Origin: a virus
Taxonomy: Duplodnaviria > Caudoviricetes
IMG/VR virus record: IMGVR_UViG_3300036778_000062
Span: 64,001 to 128,000 of that record
Reading direction: 5' to 3' (one strand)
Length of the DNA: 64,000 bases
Shown here: positions 53,739-63,166 of the stretch, in pieces
Layout: each line of letters opens with the position of its first letter
Position numbering within the stretch: position 1 is the first letter of the stretch
Position numbers and translations under genes: made by a program
The notes under the pieces: model-generated
Database searches by the model: none
The model's input: the letters and a program-made list of their open reading frames with translations, nothing else
What the model was told of the DNA's origin: nothing

Positions 53739-55580
53739 TCACTCATCCGGAAACTCTTGCTGATCCGGGATTCTGTCGGCCGCATCGGTGCTCCCCCGCG
53801 CAACGTCGAGAGGCGATTCGACCGTGGCGCGGCCGGTGAGCCAGACGTACGGATTGACCTTGCCGATGACACCGAGAGCGTAGAGACGCTCCCCGGCGCG
53901 GGTCATGGCTTTGTTGATGGAGTTCGGCTCGGCGTCGGCGGCGATCGCCGCGTAAGCATCCCGCCAGAACTTGTACTGGACGACGCGGGTGATTTGGCGC
54001 GGCAACTTCAGGCTTGCTGGTGTCGGCTCCCCATGCTCGGCGAGCGCATCTTTGAGCGCGGTGAGGATGTTCTTTTGCTGACTGGTCAGGTTGATGGTGC
54101 GATCCTTGGCGGTACCCTTCACCTGCATCTCGAGCTGCTCGCCGATCGGCACGGTGACGCAGGAGGTGATGGGCTTGCCATCGATCGCACGACGACCGAC
54201 CTCGATCACCATCAACTCGAACTGGATATTGACGCCGTCGGCATCGTCCTTCTGTTTGTCCAGGACTGCTGACCGAACCTTCGTCTCCGGGTCTTTCTTG
54301 ACGAGGATGACCTGGTCGACGCCGGCATAGACCGAAGTGTGTCCTCGCAGCTTCGTGCCGCCGGCATTGAGATGATGAACGAGGCAGACGTGACAGCCAG
54401 GCACGGCTGCGGCGATGCGATCTACGTTCGCCATCACGACGCCCATATCACGGCCGGAGTTCTCGTCTGCCACGCCTGACGCTTTGGCCAGGGTATCGAT
54501 GAACAGCGCGACCACTGGCATGCCGTAGAGCAGCGATATTCCTTTCACCTCTTCGATCAGCTTTGAGGTGTCGCCCTCAGGGCTGTAGATATCGACCTTG
54601 GATTGCAGGATGTAGAGAGGCACCTGCTTGCCGCCTGGAACGCCGAAATGCTGACGCCAAGCTCGGAAGCGCTTCTTAATACCGCGACCACCTTCGCCAG
54701 CCTGATAGATCACGAGTCCGGGGGTGAGGATCTTGTTTCCGAAGAATGGGCGAGCGGTCGAGATGCACATAGCCATGTGGATGGCCAGAAAGGATTTTCC
54801 TGATTGGGACTCGCCGCCCAGGATGCTCTTGTCGCCGACGGTGATCAGATTGTCGACGACATGGGCATGTTCGGGCCCGGGCTCGTCCAGTTGCTCGAAG
54901 GTGATGCCGCCGAACTGAGAGACGAACGGCGGCGGCTCCGGCTCGAGGTCGTATTCGTCTTCCACATCGCCATCCCGATTGGCAGCGGTGCGAACCTGGG
55001 CGGCGAGGGTGCGTGCGAGATGGGCGGCGTCCGGCGCGATCGGAGCTTCGGCGACAATCATCGCGACATAGCGCGAGAGCGTATAGCCCTCGAACAAAGG
55101 CATCAAAGGATCGCCGCCGGCGCCGGCAATCAAAGCCGAAAGGCTGGTGGGGCGACCAGCCTCGATAGGCGCCTCGGCGATCGCCGCGAACATCTGCTTG
55201 TGCACGGACTCCGCGAAGTGGTCGATGGTGACCTCTTCTTCGATCGAGGCAATCAAGGTCGGCTGCGATGCGAGCATCCCGATCAATGCACGCTCGGCGG
55301 CTGTCTCCTGTGGCAGCGGTCCAGCCTTGAAGTCGAATACGTTTTCCTTCAGCCAGGTCTCGGCCTGACCATTCTGCAGGTTCTTGAAGCGGCGGATCAG
55401 ATCGAGGTGCGTGCCGCTGATCTCGTCCTCGAAATCGAAGAACCGGCCCGTGGTTATATTGACGGTTATCTCTCCGAAGCGGATCTCACCTTTGTCGGGA
55501 TCGACGCCCGACGGCGCACCAAGCAGAAGCCTCGCAACTCTCTCGGTTAGTGCTCCCTCCTTGGTGCGCAGAATTGTCAC
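53739..55580 (-). CDS. Replicative helicase: DnaB-N-like domain plus RepA/AAA_25 ATPase
   Basis: AERALIG.L...F...H..MF.AI; Walker A GESQSGKS, Walker B LFIDT, DEN...DM, LVHH, RG.TS, KQKD. Confidence 0.85.
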   Translation of the reverse strand: MTILRTKEGALTERVARLLLGAPSGVDPDKGEIRFGEITVNITTGRFFDFEDEISGTHLDLIRRFKNLQNGQAETWLKENVFDFKAGPLPQETAAERALIGMLASQPTLIASIEEEVTIDHFAESVHKQMFAAIAEAPIEAGRPTSLSALIAGAGGDPLMPLFEGYTLSRYVAMIVAEAPIAPDAAHLARTLAAQVRTAANRDGDVEDEYDLEPEPPPFVSQFGGITFEQLDEPGPEHAHVVDNLITVGDKSILGGESQSGKSFLAIHMAMCISTARPFFGNKILTPGLVIYQAGEGGRGIKKRFRAWRQHFGVPGGKQVPLYILQSKVDIYSPEGDTSKLIEEVKGISLLYGMPVVALFIDTLAKASGVADENSGRDMGVVMANVDRIAAAVPGCHVCLVHHLNAGGTKLRGHTSVYAGVDQVILVKKDPETKVRSAVLDKQKDDADGVNIQFELMVIEVGRRAIDGKPITSCVTVPIGEQLEMQVKGTAKDRTINLTSQQKNILTALKDALAEHGEPTPASLKLPRQITRVVQYKFWRDAYAAIAADAEPNSINKAMTRAGERLYALGVIGKVNPYVWLTGRATVESPLDVARGSTDAADRIPDQQEFPDE

Positions 55581-55924
55581 TTGTCGATGACCGCCCCGAA
55601 GATCTGATCCGTGGCAACAATCTCGGCAACACGGGAGATGAGGGTTGAAGCCTTCCATCCGCGGCGCAGAGCTTCGCTGCGGATCAGCTCCATTGCCTTG
55701 GCGTTAATCGGCACGTCGACGACGACATCAGGTTGTACAAGCTTTCGCTTCAACGGCGCGTCGTCGGCCTTGGCGAGCTCGATCCCATGCTTGTTACAGA
55801 TCGTCTCGATGGTGCCGGCGGAACAATTGAGCAGACGCCCGATGCGCTCAGCGTTCAGCCGGTCTCTGGCATATCGCCGGATCAGGTCCAGCGCTCGCGG
55901 TGTCAGTCGAAATTCGCGCCTCAC
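55577..55924 (-). CDS. Small DNA-binding protein (HTH plus RHH-like)
   Basis: IGRLLNCSAGTI; EALRRG.KASTLI. Confidence 0.55.
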   Translation of the reverse strand: MRREFRLTPRALDLIRRYARDRLNAERIGRLLNCSAGTIETICNKHGIELAKADDAPLKRKLVQPDVVVDVPINAKAMELIRSEALRRGWKASTLISRVAEIVATDQIFGAVIDK

Positions 55925-56214
55925 AACACGGCCGCCCGCGTGAGGAGTGACATCAAGCCGCCGCGCTTCTTGTGCGCAACCGCGCGCATCTCGTTCTCGA
56001 CGCCCGCATTGTCCTTGAAGAAGTGATGGGCGTGCGCAAGCAGGTCTAGGTTTCGTTGCAGCTCCGCCTCAGCAAGCATGATGCCCATGTTGCTCATCTC
56101 GAAGCGAGCCCCCAGCATCTGCACTTGCTCGAGGTCAAGGCGCAGCTTTGAAGCAGCAAGCTTCAACGCAACGGCGATATCGTCGAAGGACGGCGGTGAT
56201 GCAGCGTCAGGCAC
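55921..56214 (-). CDS. Hypothetical protein
   Basis: GGAG RBS before GTG; coupled. Confidence 0.5.
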   Translation of the reverse strand: MPDAASPPSFDDIAVALKLAASKLRLDLEQVQMLGARFEMSNMGIMLAEAELQRNLDLLAHAHHFFKDNAGVENEMRAVAHKKRGGLMSLLTRAAVL

Positions 56215-56764
56215 GTTTCTTCTCCCCAAACAAGTGCAACGCTTCGGGGATACGCCCCATAAAGGTTGCCCCAGCCCAATCCCAAATTCCTGCGGCGTCA
56301 GCTTGATTGTCGTCTTCTGGCGACCAGCCGAGGATTTGACAGCGCTCGATGACCAGGCGCTTGCCTTCCTTGCGTCGCTGATGACGGTTTTCAATATGCG
56401 TCAGTCGACCCTTGCCGATGAAATGCTTCTTCCAGGTGGATATCGGCGCGATCTCGAGTCGTATGCTCTTGCAGCGCACGATCCCTGTCAGGATGCCGAA
56501 CATCCCGATGGTGATCATCGTGGTGTCGTAGTTCGTGTGGCCCTGCGCGCCCGAGGGCGCCACGACCTGTTCGATAACGACCATGTCGGGCGGTTCGTCG
56601 CGCAACACCGTTGCCATCCACTCGACGGCTCGGGCGTAGAGACCCGGAAAGCCATCATCACCGCGAAAGTCGATTGTATGCAGGCGAGGGACTTCGCCAG
56701 GTCGTCCACGAGCCACCCCCGTTTTGGTGGCAACATCCAAAGCTAGAATATCCCCCGCCGGCAT
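56207..56764 (-). CDS. RuvC-like Holliday junction resolvase
   Basis: ILALD.A..TG, VVIEQ, P..WKK...G.G, DNQADA. Confidence 0.85.
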   Translation of the reverse strand: MPAGDILALDVATKTGVARGRPGEVPRLHTIDFRGDDGFPGLYARAVEWMATVLRDEPPDMVVIEQVVAPSGAQGHTNYDTTMITIGMFGILTGIVRCKSIRLEIAPISTWKKHFIGKGRLTHIENRHQRRKEGKRLVIERCQILGWSPEDDNQADAAGIWDWAGATFMGRIPEALHLFGEKKRA

Positions 56765-56773
56765 GATCAGCCG

Positions 56774-57454
56774 TCAGTGCGTTGGGACGAGGCTATCGGC
56801 AGCGGCCGATGCGCCAGTCTTGGTGCCGAGCTGATGAACGGTGCCGGTCTTGATTGCCTTCTCGACGGCTTCGTTGTCCTCGCGGGTACGTTGTTGCCAT
56901 TGGTCGCGAGGAACAGAGCCCTTGGGGGTATCGTCAACCTTCTGCTTGAAGCCGGCGCGCAAGGTCGCTTGACCTTCTTCGTAGCCGTCGTTGTGCATGC
57001 GATGAGCTTCGGTGGCATGGTGGTGCGGATTGTTGCAGCTCTCGCCGGCGAGTCCTTGGCGCTTGCCTTCGGCGTATGCGCGATCGGCAAGGGGAGTGCG
57101 ATCGTTGCTCGGGAACATATCGGCCTGGGTGCCGATCGGTACGCCAAGCCATCGAAGCACCTGAGCATCACTCTCGATCCGCGCCTTGATCGCCGCTTCG
57201 CCTTCCGGCGTGCTTCCCTCGATCAGGGTCTTGATTTGCATCATGCCCTGCGGACCGAGATCGGCCTTGATGATCTTGCCAATATCCTGCAGCGCTTTGT
57301 CGGCTGCCTTCTTTGCCGCCAGCCGGACCTCGTATGTTTTGCGATGCTGTTCGGTTAGCGAATAAAGCTGGTCGTCCGATAGCGATTCCACGGTCGTCTT
57401 CGGTTTCTGCGGAGCTTGCGCACCACCGTCGCCTTGCTTGCCTTTGCGTCCCAT
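56774..57454 (-). CDS. Phage hypothetical protein
   Basis: GAGGAG RBS; helical, A.AEG...GL.G...NP...GY.EG. Confidence 0.7.
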   Translation of the reverse strand: MGRKGKQGDGGAQAPQKPKTTVESLSDDQLYSLTEQHRKTYEVRLAAKKAADKALQDIGKIIKADLGPQGMMQIKTLIEGSTPEGEAAIKARIESDAQVLRWLGVPIGTQADMFPSNDRTPLADRAYAEGKRQGLAGESCNNPHHHATEAHRMHNDGYEEGQATLRAGFKQKVDDTPKGSVPRDQWQQRTREDNEAVEKAIKTGTVHQLGTKTGASAAADSLVPTH

Positions 57455-57479
57455 CTTGGGCTCCTCTGGTTGAAAATGC

Positions 57480-58025
57480 TCAGTCGCCTGCCGCTCGCTC
57501 GGCGCTCCGCTGGAAGGCCTTCGGATTGCGGATCGCGGTTGGATCGACGCCGCGCCGGTGATGAAAGGGGCAATAGGGCCGGTGCTCGAAGAGGTTCGCC
57601 GTCGGTTCGCCGCAAAAAATCTCGGCCGGCAATAGCGTAGGGCCGAGCGGCCAGCGGCAGGTTTCGTTCGTCAGCTCGAGGAGGGCGACGCCTTTACAGT
57701 CGGCATCATCGGTCAAGACATCCGCGAGTCCTGGATCGCTCCCGTTCTTGATCGACTGAAGCCGTGTGATGTTGTGGGTAGTGGGCTTTTTCCGCAAATC
57801 GCCTTTCGCGATCTTGGCGGCAGTCTTGCCGTTCTTAATTCGCTCGCCGCCGCTCCCGACATCCTTTCGGCTGGCCAGGTTCAGTCGATGGGCCTTTCCC
57901 ACGACGGCGTTGCGTGTTGCGCCTCGGATGCAGCTTGCGATTTCACTCGCTGGCGCGCCAGCCGCATACATTCGCTTCAGCGTCTCGGTGTTCTCATCGT
58001 TCCAATCGACCGCTTGAATGGTCAT
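57480..58025 (-). CDS. gcrA: Phage-encoded GcrA-like cell-cycle regulator
   Basis: W.DE....LK.....G..ASEIA....TRNAVVGKAHRL; LLEL....CRWPLG, FCG, PYC..H. Confidence 0.9.
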   Translation of the reverse strand: MTIQAVDWNDENTETLKRMYAAGAPASEIASCIRGATRNAVVGKAHRLNLASRKDVGSGGERIKNGKTAAKIAKGDLRKKPTTHNITRLQSIKNGSDPGLADVLTDDADCKGVALLELTNETCRWPLGPTLLPAEIFCGEPTANLFEHRPYCPFHHRRGVDPTAIRNPKAFQRSAERAAGD

Positions 58026-58219
58026 TGTCCCCGCCTTTCCTTCGTCGTCTGGTCGAACGAAACGAGGCGTGTGTGTTCAGGGCTTCGCTGATGTCGGCAA
58101 AGAACTCGGCGCAATGGACGCACCGCTGCGACAGCGTGTTGAATGCCGAAATTAGAAGTTGCCTGATCACGCCTGCCCGTCCCGACCGCAGAAGCGCTGC
58201 GGCGCCGCACACGTGATGC

Positions 58220-58666
58220 TTACTGGTCGAAAAGGTCGATCTGGCTCTGCCGAGCTTTCAAAGCGTCGATACGGCGCTGCGCCGCCGCGATCTCGCGACG
58301 CGTCTTGCGAAGGTCATGCGCGTTCTGAGTGGTCAGCCACCATTCGGCCTGGCTGTTGCCCATCAGGGCCTTGAGGATCTCGTAACCCTCATCCGATCGC
58401 AGCAGAGCGATGACGTTTTCCAGCGATAGACCCGTCTGTCGCGCAAACCAGAACTGTACGGCGCGCTCGGAAACGCCGATCTCGTGGTGAACACAAGCTG
58501 CGGTTTTCTTTGGCCACCGCGCCATGAGAACATTCAGGATTTTCTCGAAAATCCCGAAGAGTTCTTCGTTTTTGGCGAAGGGCGCTACAGCCACGGAATT
58601 TGCTTTTTTGGAACCGGTCGGCGATGGTTCCGGCGTCGATAACGACGGAGTTGTTCGCACCTTCAT
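58220..58666 (-). CDS. CII-position HTH protein
   Basis: IGVSERAVQFW HTH; coupled to cro. Confidence 0.6.
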   Translation of the reverse strand: MKVRTTPSLSTPEPSPTGSKKANSVAVAPFAKNEELFGIFEKILNVLMARWPKKTAACVHHEIGVSERAVQFWFARQTGLSLENVIALLRSDEGYEILKALMGNSQAEWWLTTQNAHDLRKTRREIAAAQRRIDALKARQSQIDLFDQ

Positions 58667-58890
58667 GCCGCGGCCTCTTCCTGGTGCATCATCATCAGGG
58701 AATCGGAGTTCACACCCTCGATTCCCTTTTCGGCTGCCGCGGCAATGATCTTGGGCCAGTAGCGAGGCCGGATTGAACCGGTCCGTTTCATCTCGCTGGC
58801 TGTACTGGGGATTTTCTCGATGACCTTGGCGAAATCGGTTGGTCCGCCGAAGGCATCAATCAATTCAGAAATGGTTCTGGGTCCGGCCAT
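58663..58890 (-). CDS. cro: Cro-like regulator
   Basis: LIDAFGG.T.FA......STAS.MK..GSI...YW; divergent from cI. Confidence 0.8.
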   Translation of the reverse strand: MAGPRTISELIDAFGGPTDFAKVIEKIPSTASEMKRTGSIRPRYWPKIIAAAAEKGIEGVNSDSLMMMHQEEAAA

Positions 58891-58896
58891 GAGCCG

Positions 58897-58938
58897 CATT
58901 TACAGAACATCTGTTAATTCTGTCAACAGGATTTCTGT
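58897..58938. promoter_or_regulatory. OR-like region: operators ACAG-N5-CTGT (58902-58914, 58926-58938) and leftward TTGACA promoter
   Basis: Palindromes in the cro/cI intergenic region. Confidence 0.8.
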
Positions 58939-58963
58939 GTCTGAGGCGTGGCAGCGTCAAAAC

Positions 58964-59710
58964 ATGGATGAAAGCAATACTCGCCTCAGGCAGGCCCGCA
59001 TCAAAGCCGGGTTCAGATCCGCCCGTGCTGCTGCGCTCCGGCACAACTGGGTAGTGTCAACCTATGCCAGTCACGAGAACGGGCAGACACCTGTACCGAA
59101 GGAGACAGCCGACCAGTACGCAAAGGCGTTCAAGGTGTCGCGTGCTTGGCTACTCGCCGTCGATGGTTCGGTTAACCAGGCGCGAAAGAAGGAGCAATCC
59201 CGCGTTGCAACGTCTATTGGCGACGATGGCGGCTTGGAGTTGTATCCTCATACCGAGGTCCCAGAGATCGACGTACTAGCGGGTGCAGGATATGCCGGCG
59301 GATTCAATCAAGAAGAAAATACAATCGACCAATTTGGCAATCATGTCTCCAGGGACGCCATTCGAGCTAGTTGGGGAATCCCTGAGCCCTTTCTGACAAA
59401 CGAGCTCCATATCCGGCCGGGTAGGGCTCACATCCTTCCTGTTCGGGGCGACTCGATGACAGATGCCCTTTTCGATGGAGACAGGGCAATCATCAATCTC
59501 GACGACGTCGATATCAGCCAGGGCGGCATCTTTGCTCTGCTCGACGACAACGCCTCGTTGATCATCAAGCAGGTCGAGTTCGTGCGCGGCACGAAAGCGA
59601 AGAGGATCCGCTGTACGTCGCGCAACTCGTCATACGAACCATTCGAATTGGATTTGGAAGAACCTGTTCGGATTATCGGGCGGGTGGCCAGCAAGATCAC
59701 GAGGCTCTGA
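58964..59710 (+). CDS. cI: CI-like repressor (XRE HTH plus S24 autopeptidase)
   Basis: RL.QAR..AG...STY.SHENG; AG cleavage-type site, VRGDSM, IK, S.N..Y, IIGRV. Confidence 0.93.
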   Translation: MDESNTRLRQARIKAGFRSARAAALRHNWVVSTYASHENGQTPVPKETADQYAKAFKVSRAWLLAVDGSVNQARKKEQSRVATSIGDDGGLELYPHTEVPEIDVLAGAGYAGGFNQEENTIDQFGNHVSRDAIRASWGIPEPFLTNELHIRPGRAHILPVRGDSMTDALFDGDRAIINLDDVDISQGGIFALLDDNASLIIKQVEFVRGTKAKRIRCTSRNSSYEPFELDLEEPVRIIGRVASKITRL

Positions 59711-60016
59711 GGTCGGCACTCGCGCTGCACATGGGCCAGTGAGACCCGAATCAGCCAAGCCGAATCGGTTGGAGGCCGACGCCCTTTCAGAGGGCGTCGG
59801 GACCGTGGAAGCAAGCAGCGAAATATTTTCGGAATGGGGAAAACATGCCTCTCTGGGCGCTGTTAGTGCGCGCCTCGAAAGCGCTATGGCCCGGTTTTTG
59901 CTCCTATATAGAATAAACTACTACTATCACCTGTATAGGGGAGGGTGCTTTAGGCACCCTCCCTCGGATAGTCTATCTGTGGAAACGTACGCGCGCGACC
60001 TCGTTCTGTTGAATTA

Positions 60017-60057
60017 ACAGAAACACTGTTGACAGTAATTCTGTTAATAGCTACAAC
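60017..60057 (+). promoter_or_regulatory. OL/PL-like region: operators at 60017-60029 and 60032-60044; TTGACA-N17-TACAAC
   Basis: Two ACAG-N5-CTGT palindromes over a consensus -35. Confidence 0.85.
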
Positions 60058-60081
60058 CCTTCCAGACCTTGGGAGGGTTCA

Positions 60082-60534
60082 TTGCAACTTCACCTCGTTT
60101 CCAGCACCGCCGCGCCCGCCTATCGGCCGCATCTGACAGCCCTCGTCCGGGCGGATTTCACCTTCGACATTCCAGCGATCAAAGCGGGGGCTCGGGCGCG
60201 GTACGCGCTCAAGCAGGAATTCATCAACCGCTACACCGGCGAGCCGCGCCGCTACTGGCAGCGAGCGATCTCGCGCCGCGTGCTCGGTCAGGCGTGGAAG
60301 GAAGCGCGCGAGCAGCGCCATCGGGCGATCTGGTCGCACCTGCCGCGCCCGTTGCCGTACACGACCGACGAGCTACGCCGCATGGTGGTCCTGCTTGACC
60401 TGATGCGAGCTGCGCCGATCTCGGGGCAGGGCAATGCTGACTACCGCGAAGCGGCCTCCGAATACGGTGCCATCAGCGAGCGCGCACAGAAGCGCGCATA
60501 TGCCGCCATCCTCGCGCGGGTGAGCGGACGCTGA
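60082..60534 (+). CDS. Early hypothetical protein
   Basis: GGAGG RBS before TTG; L.QAWKEAR. Confidence 0.6.
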   Translation: MQLHLVSSTAAPAYRPHLTALVRADFTFDIPAIKAGARARYALKQEFINRYTGEPRRYWQRAISRRVLGQAWKEAREQRHRAIWSHLPRPLPYTTDELRRMVVLLDLMRAAPISGQGNADYREAASEYGAISERAQKRAYAAILARVSGR

Positions 60535-60734
60535 TGGCGAAGATCATCACCATGCACGTCTACCCGCCGATTCCAGTTCGGACGTTCGACTGGGAGGCAC
60601 ATTTCGACGGCGACGAGCCGAACGACAACGGCCAGATGGAAGTCGGCTACGGCCGCACCGAGCGTGAGGCAATCGCCGATCTTCTCGAAAACACCGAGCG
60701 CTTCACCGGTCTCGATGCGGGGAGGGCATGCTGA
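60534..60734 (+). CDS. Early hypothetical protein
   Basis: PPIP.R.FDW.A, GYG.TE.EAI.DL. Confidence 0.7.
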   Translation: MAKIITMHVYPPIPVRTFDWEAHFDGDEPNDNGQMEVGYGRTEREAIADLLENTERFTGLDAGRAC

Positions 60735-61045
60735 TGGGCGAGATCGCTGACATGATGCTCGACGGCATGCTCTGCGAAGGCTGCGGCGATTTTATCGGAG
60801 AGGCCATCGGCCATCTACGCAGATGTAGCCGCCCGGCCTGCAGGCCATCGCTCCTGCAAAATGCGCTTAAGCGGCCGCTACATCCGACTCCGAATGCGCG
60901 GCTCGCAGAACGCCACAATCGCGCGCGGCACGAGAAGGCGCGCGAACGGAAGCCCTTTGAGTGCAGCAAATGCCCACGTCTCTTCCGAACGGAAGCCGGC
61001 AGAAATCAGCACACGCACGACGTTCATAACAAGGCGGTGCGCTGA
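60728..61045 (+). CDS. Zn-finger protein (CxxC plus C2H2)
   Basis: MGEIADMMLDG.LCEGCG; FECSKCPR.F......QH..DVH. Confidence 0.7.
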   Translation: MLMGEIADMMLDGMLCEGCGDFIGEAIGHLRRCSRPACRPSLLQNALKRPLHPTPNARLAERHNRARHEKARERKPFECSKCPRLFRTEAGRNQHTHDVHNKAVR

Positions 61046-61383
61046 TGGGCATGGATGTCTGCGGCAAAGCGCCACGATCGCAGCAAGGCGAATACTTCCG
61101 CAACAATATCTGGTGGTGGCATCCGCTCGCCGACTTCTGTCTGCAGCTCGCACCTGAGGTCTGCGCGCCGTGTCGTTACTGGCACTCCAATGACGGCGAT
61201 GGTCTCGACAATGACGGCGCGATTGCTCTTTCGCTCTCACTGCAAGCCGCGGTCAATACCAATGCCGCGATGATGCATCAGCGCAAGGTCGAGCGCGGGG
61301 ATTCCGAAGGTCCCTTCTCGGTCGAGAACGTCATCAGCTTCATTGCCTTTTTGCGCGACTGCGGAGGGTTCTCGATATGCTGA
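61045..61383 (+). CDS. Early hypothetical protein
   Basis: MGMDV.G, YFRNN.W.W.PL, NDG, F..ENV..FI.FL..CGGF.I. Confidence 0.7.
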   Translation: MGMDVCGKAPRSQQGEYFRNNIWWWHPLADFCLQLAPEVCAPCRYWHSNDGDGLDNDGAIALSLSLQAAVNTNAAMMHQRKVERGDSEGPFSVENVISFIAFLRDCGGFSIC

Positions 61384-61619
61384 GCACCATCATCGCATGG
61401 GCCATCAACCATCAGTTCGCAACCGGCTTGCTGATCGGCGGTTGTCTTGTCGGCGGCATCCTCGGAATCGCCGGTTGGTTCTTGGGATACGAGAGCGCGC
61501 TGCGCTCGATCAACAGCTGCATCCGCAGGAGAGCTGAATCGGATTTCGGCGAGATTCCGAACCTGCCGCCGGTACGCGACCGTCGTCATTTTCCGACAAC
61601 TCCGGGAAGGTGGGGATGA
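61377..61619 (+). CDS. Small membrane protein
   Basis: One or two TM segments; coupled. Confidence 0.5.
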   Translation: MLSTIIAWAINHQFATGLLIGGCLVGGILGIAGWFLGYESALRSINSCIRRRAESDFGEIPNLPPVRDRRHFPTTPGRWG

Positions 61620-61909
61620 CATTGCGTCACATCGAACCAGCTTGCCGTGTCTGCGGCTGCACCGAGGATCACGCCTGCGAAGGTGGTTGCTCTTGGGTGA
61701 AAGTGCCGAAGGGCGGGGAGCCGCTTTGCTCGGCTTGCGCCGGCACGCCTGGCGACCTCGAAGAGGTCCTCGTCTCGGTAAAGTCGATGCTGTCGCATCA
61801 GGGGCCCGCCAAGAGTTGCATCAGCCAGATCAGGGCAGTCCTTAAGCGGCGCGCTGATCGGATCGTGCTGCGCGAGCGCAACATCGATCCTGCGTGGGGT
61901 GGTCGCTGA
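61616..61909 (+). CDS. Cys-rich Zn-binding protein
   Basis: CRVCGCTE..AC.GGC.WV...LCSAC. Confidence 0.7.
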   Translation: MTLRHIEPACRVCGCTEDHACEGGCSWVKVPKGGEPLCSACAGTPGDLEEVLVSVKSMLSHQGPAKSCISQIRAVLKRRADRIVLRERNIDPAWGGR

Positions 61910-62217
61910 TGTCGCCGCTTACCCGCTTCATGAATACGGCGAGCGCAATCCTGAACGAGCAGGACGCGCGGCGACTGCCGCCAGAGCCGACCAGACCGCC
62001 GATCTTTGTGCGGACCAATTACCTGTTCGTCGAGATCGACGACGCGCTTGCCCTAGCCGCGGCGATCGCCGCGAAGATCAAGATCGCCCGTATCGAGAAC
62101 AACGTCACCGAAACGGTGCGGCTGAACGCCGATCTCGGCCGCGCCTCGCGTCAGCTCGCGCAGTTGAGCGCGTGGGTCGAGGAACAGTTCGACAAGGAGC
62201 GCCCCGATGGAAATTGA
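61909..62217 (+). CDS. Hypothetical protein
   Basis: TGATG-coupled helical ORF. Confidence 0.55.
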   Translation: MSPLTRFMNTASAILNEQDARRLPPEPTRPPIFVRTNYLFVEIDDALALAAAIAAKIKIARIENNVTETVRLNADLGRASRQLAQLSAWVEEQFDKERPDGN

Positions 62218-63166
62218 GCGCTACCCAATCGATCCAACGAAAGATCGCGCGACCTGGCTCGCGCTACGCCAACGCGACATCACGGCAAGCGACGTTCCGG
62301 CGGTCTGCGGCGAGGGCATGTTCGGCTCTGCCACGAAGGTGTGGGCCGAAAAACTCGGCAAGGTCGGTCCGCAGGAAATGACCGAAGCAATGAAACGCGG
62401 CCTGTGGGGTGAGGCGGCCGTGTTCGAGGCGATCGGCTGGGAATTTCCGGATTGGGAGGTTCGCCGGGCAAAGATCTATCTGCGCGATCCCGAGCTGCGA
62501 CTCGGCGCCACGCCCGACGGCGCCGCGATCATTCCAGGTCTACCCGGCATCACCGTCATCCAGACGAAGGTTATCGCGCGGCCAGTTTTCAGGACGATGT
62601 GGCTCGAAAATCCCGATGATGATTACAGCCCCGTGGTCGCACCGCTTGCCTATCAGCTCCAGACGCTGACGGAAGGCATGCTTGCCGATGCGGCGCGCTC
62701 GATGATCGTTGCTCTGGTCGTTGATACCTTCAAATGGGAATTGAAGGTCGTGCCGGTCGAGCGGCACGCCGACGCAGAGGCGGTGATCCGCGACCGAGTG
62801 GGCGCCTTCTGGCGCAATCACCTCGACACCGGCATTCAGCCGCCGGTCGATCCGGAGCGTGACAGCGAAATCGTCAAGCTCCTTTTTCCGAAAGACAACG
62901 GACTCGAGATCGATCTGTCACACGACAACGAGCTGCCTGGGCTGGTCCAGAACCTTCAGGACGCTCGGCAAGCAAAGAAGTCCGCGGAGGAGTCCGAGGA
63001 AATCGCGAAGACCGCTATCGCTGGCAAGATGGGCGAAGTCGCCTTGGGGCAGCTCGCTGATGGCCGGCGCATCAGCTTCAAAACGCAGGAGCGGGAGGGC
63101 TTCACCGTCGCTCCGACCAGCATGCGTGTCCTGCGCATCCTGAAGGCCAAGAAGGGGAGGCGCTAA
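62207..63166 (+). CDS. YqaJ/lambda-exonuclease family recombination nuclease
   Basis: WL..R...ITASD, G...E, GATPDG, QTK, Y..QLQ. Confidence 0.9.
   Translation: MEIERYPIDPTKDRATWLALRQRDITASDVPAVCGEGMFGSATKVWAEKLGKVGPQEMTEAMKRGLWGEAAVFEAIGWEFPDWEVRRAKIYLRDPELRLGATPDGAAIIPGLPGITVIQTKVIARPVFRTMWLENPDDDYSPVVAPLAYQLQTLTEGMLADAARSMIVALVVDTFKWELKVVPVERHADAEAVIRDRVGAFWRNHLDTGIQPPVDPERDSEIVKLLFPKDNGLEIDLSHDNELPGLVQNLQDARQAKKSAEESEEIAKTAIAGKMGEVALGQLADGRRISFKTQEREGFTVAPTSMRVLRILKAKKGRR

Noticed and set aside
57994-58212. Small gene between the CII-position gene and gcrA
   Set aside because: Two overlapping candidate frames, neither with convincing start signals or motifs
59739-60017. 92-aa ORF downstream of cI
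   Set aside because: No RBS or motif, and it runs into the operator/promoter region
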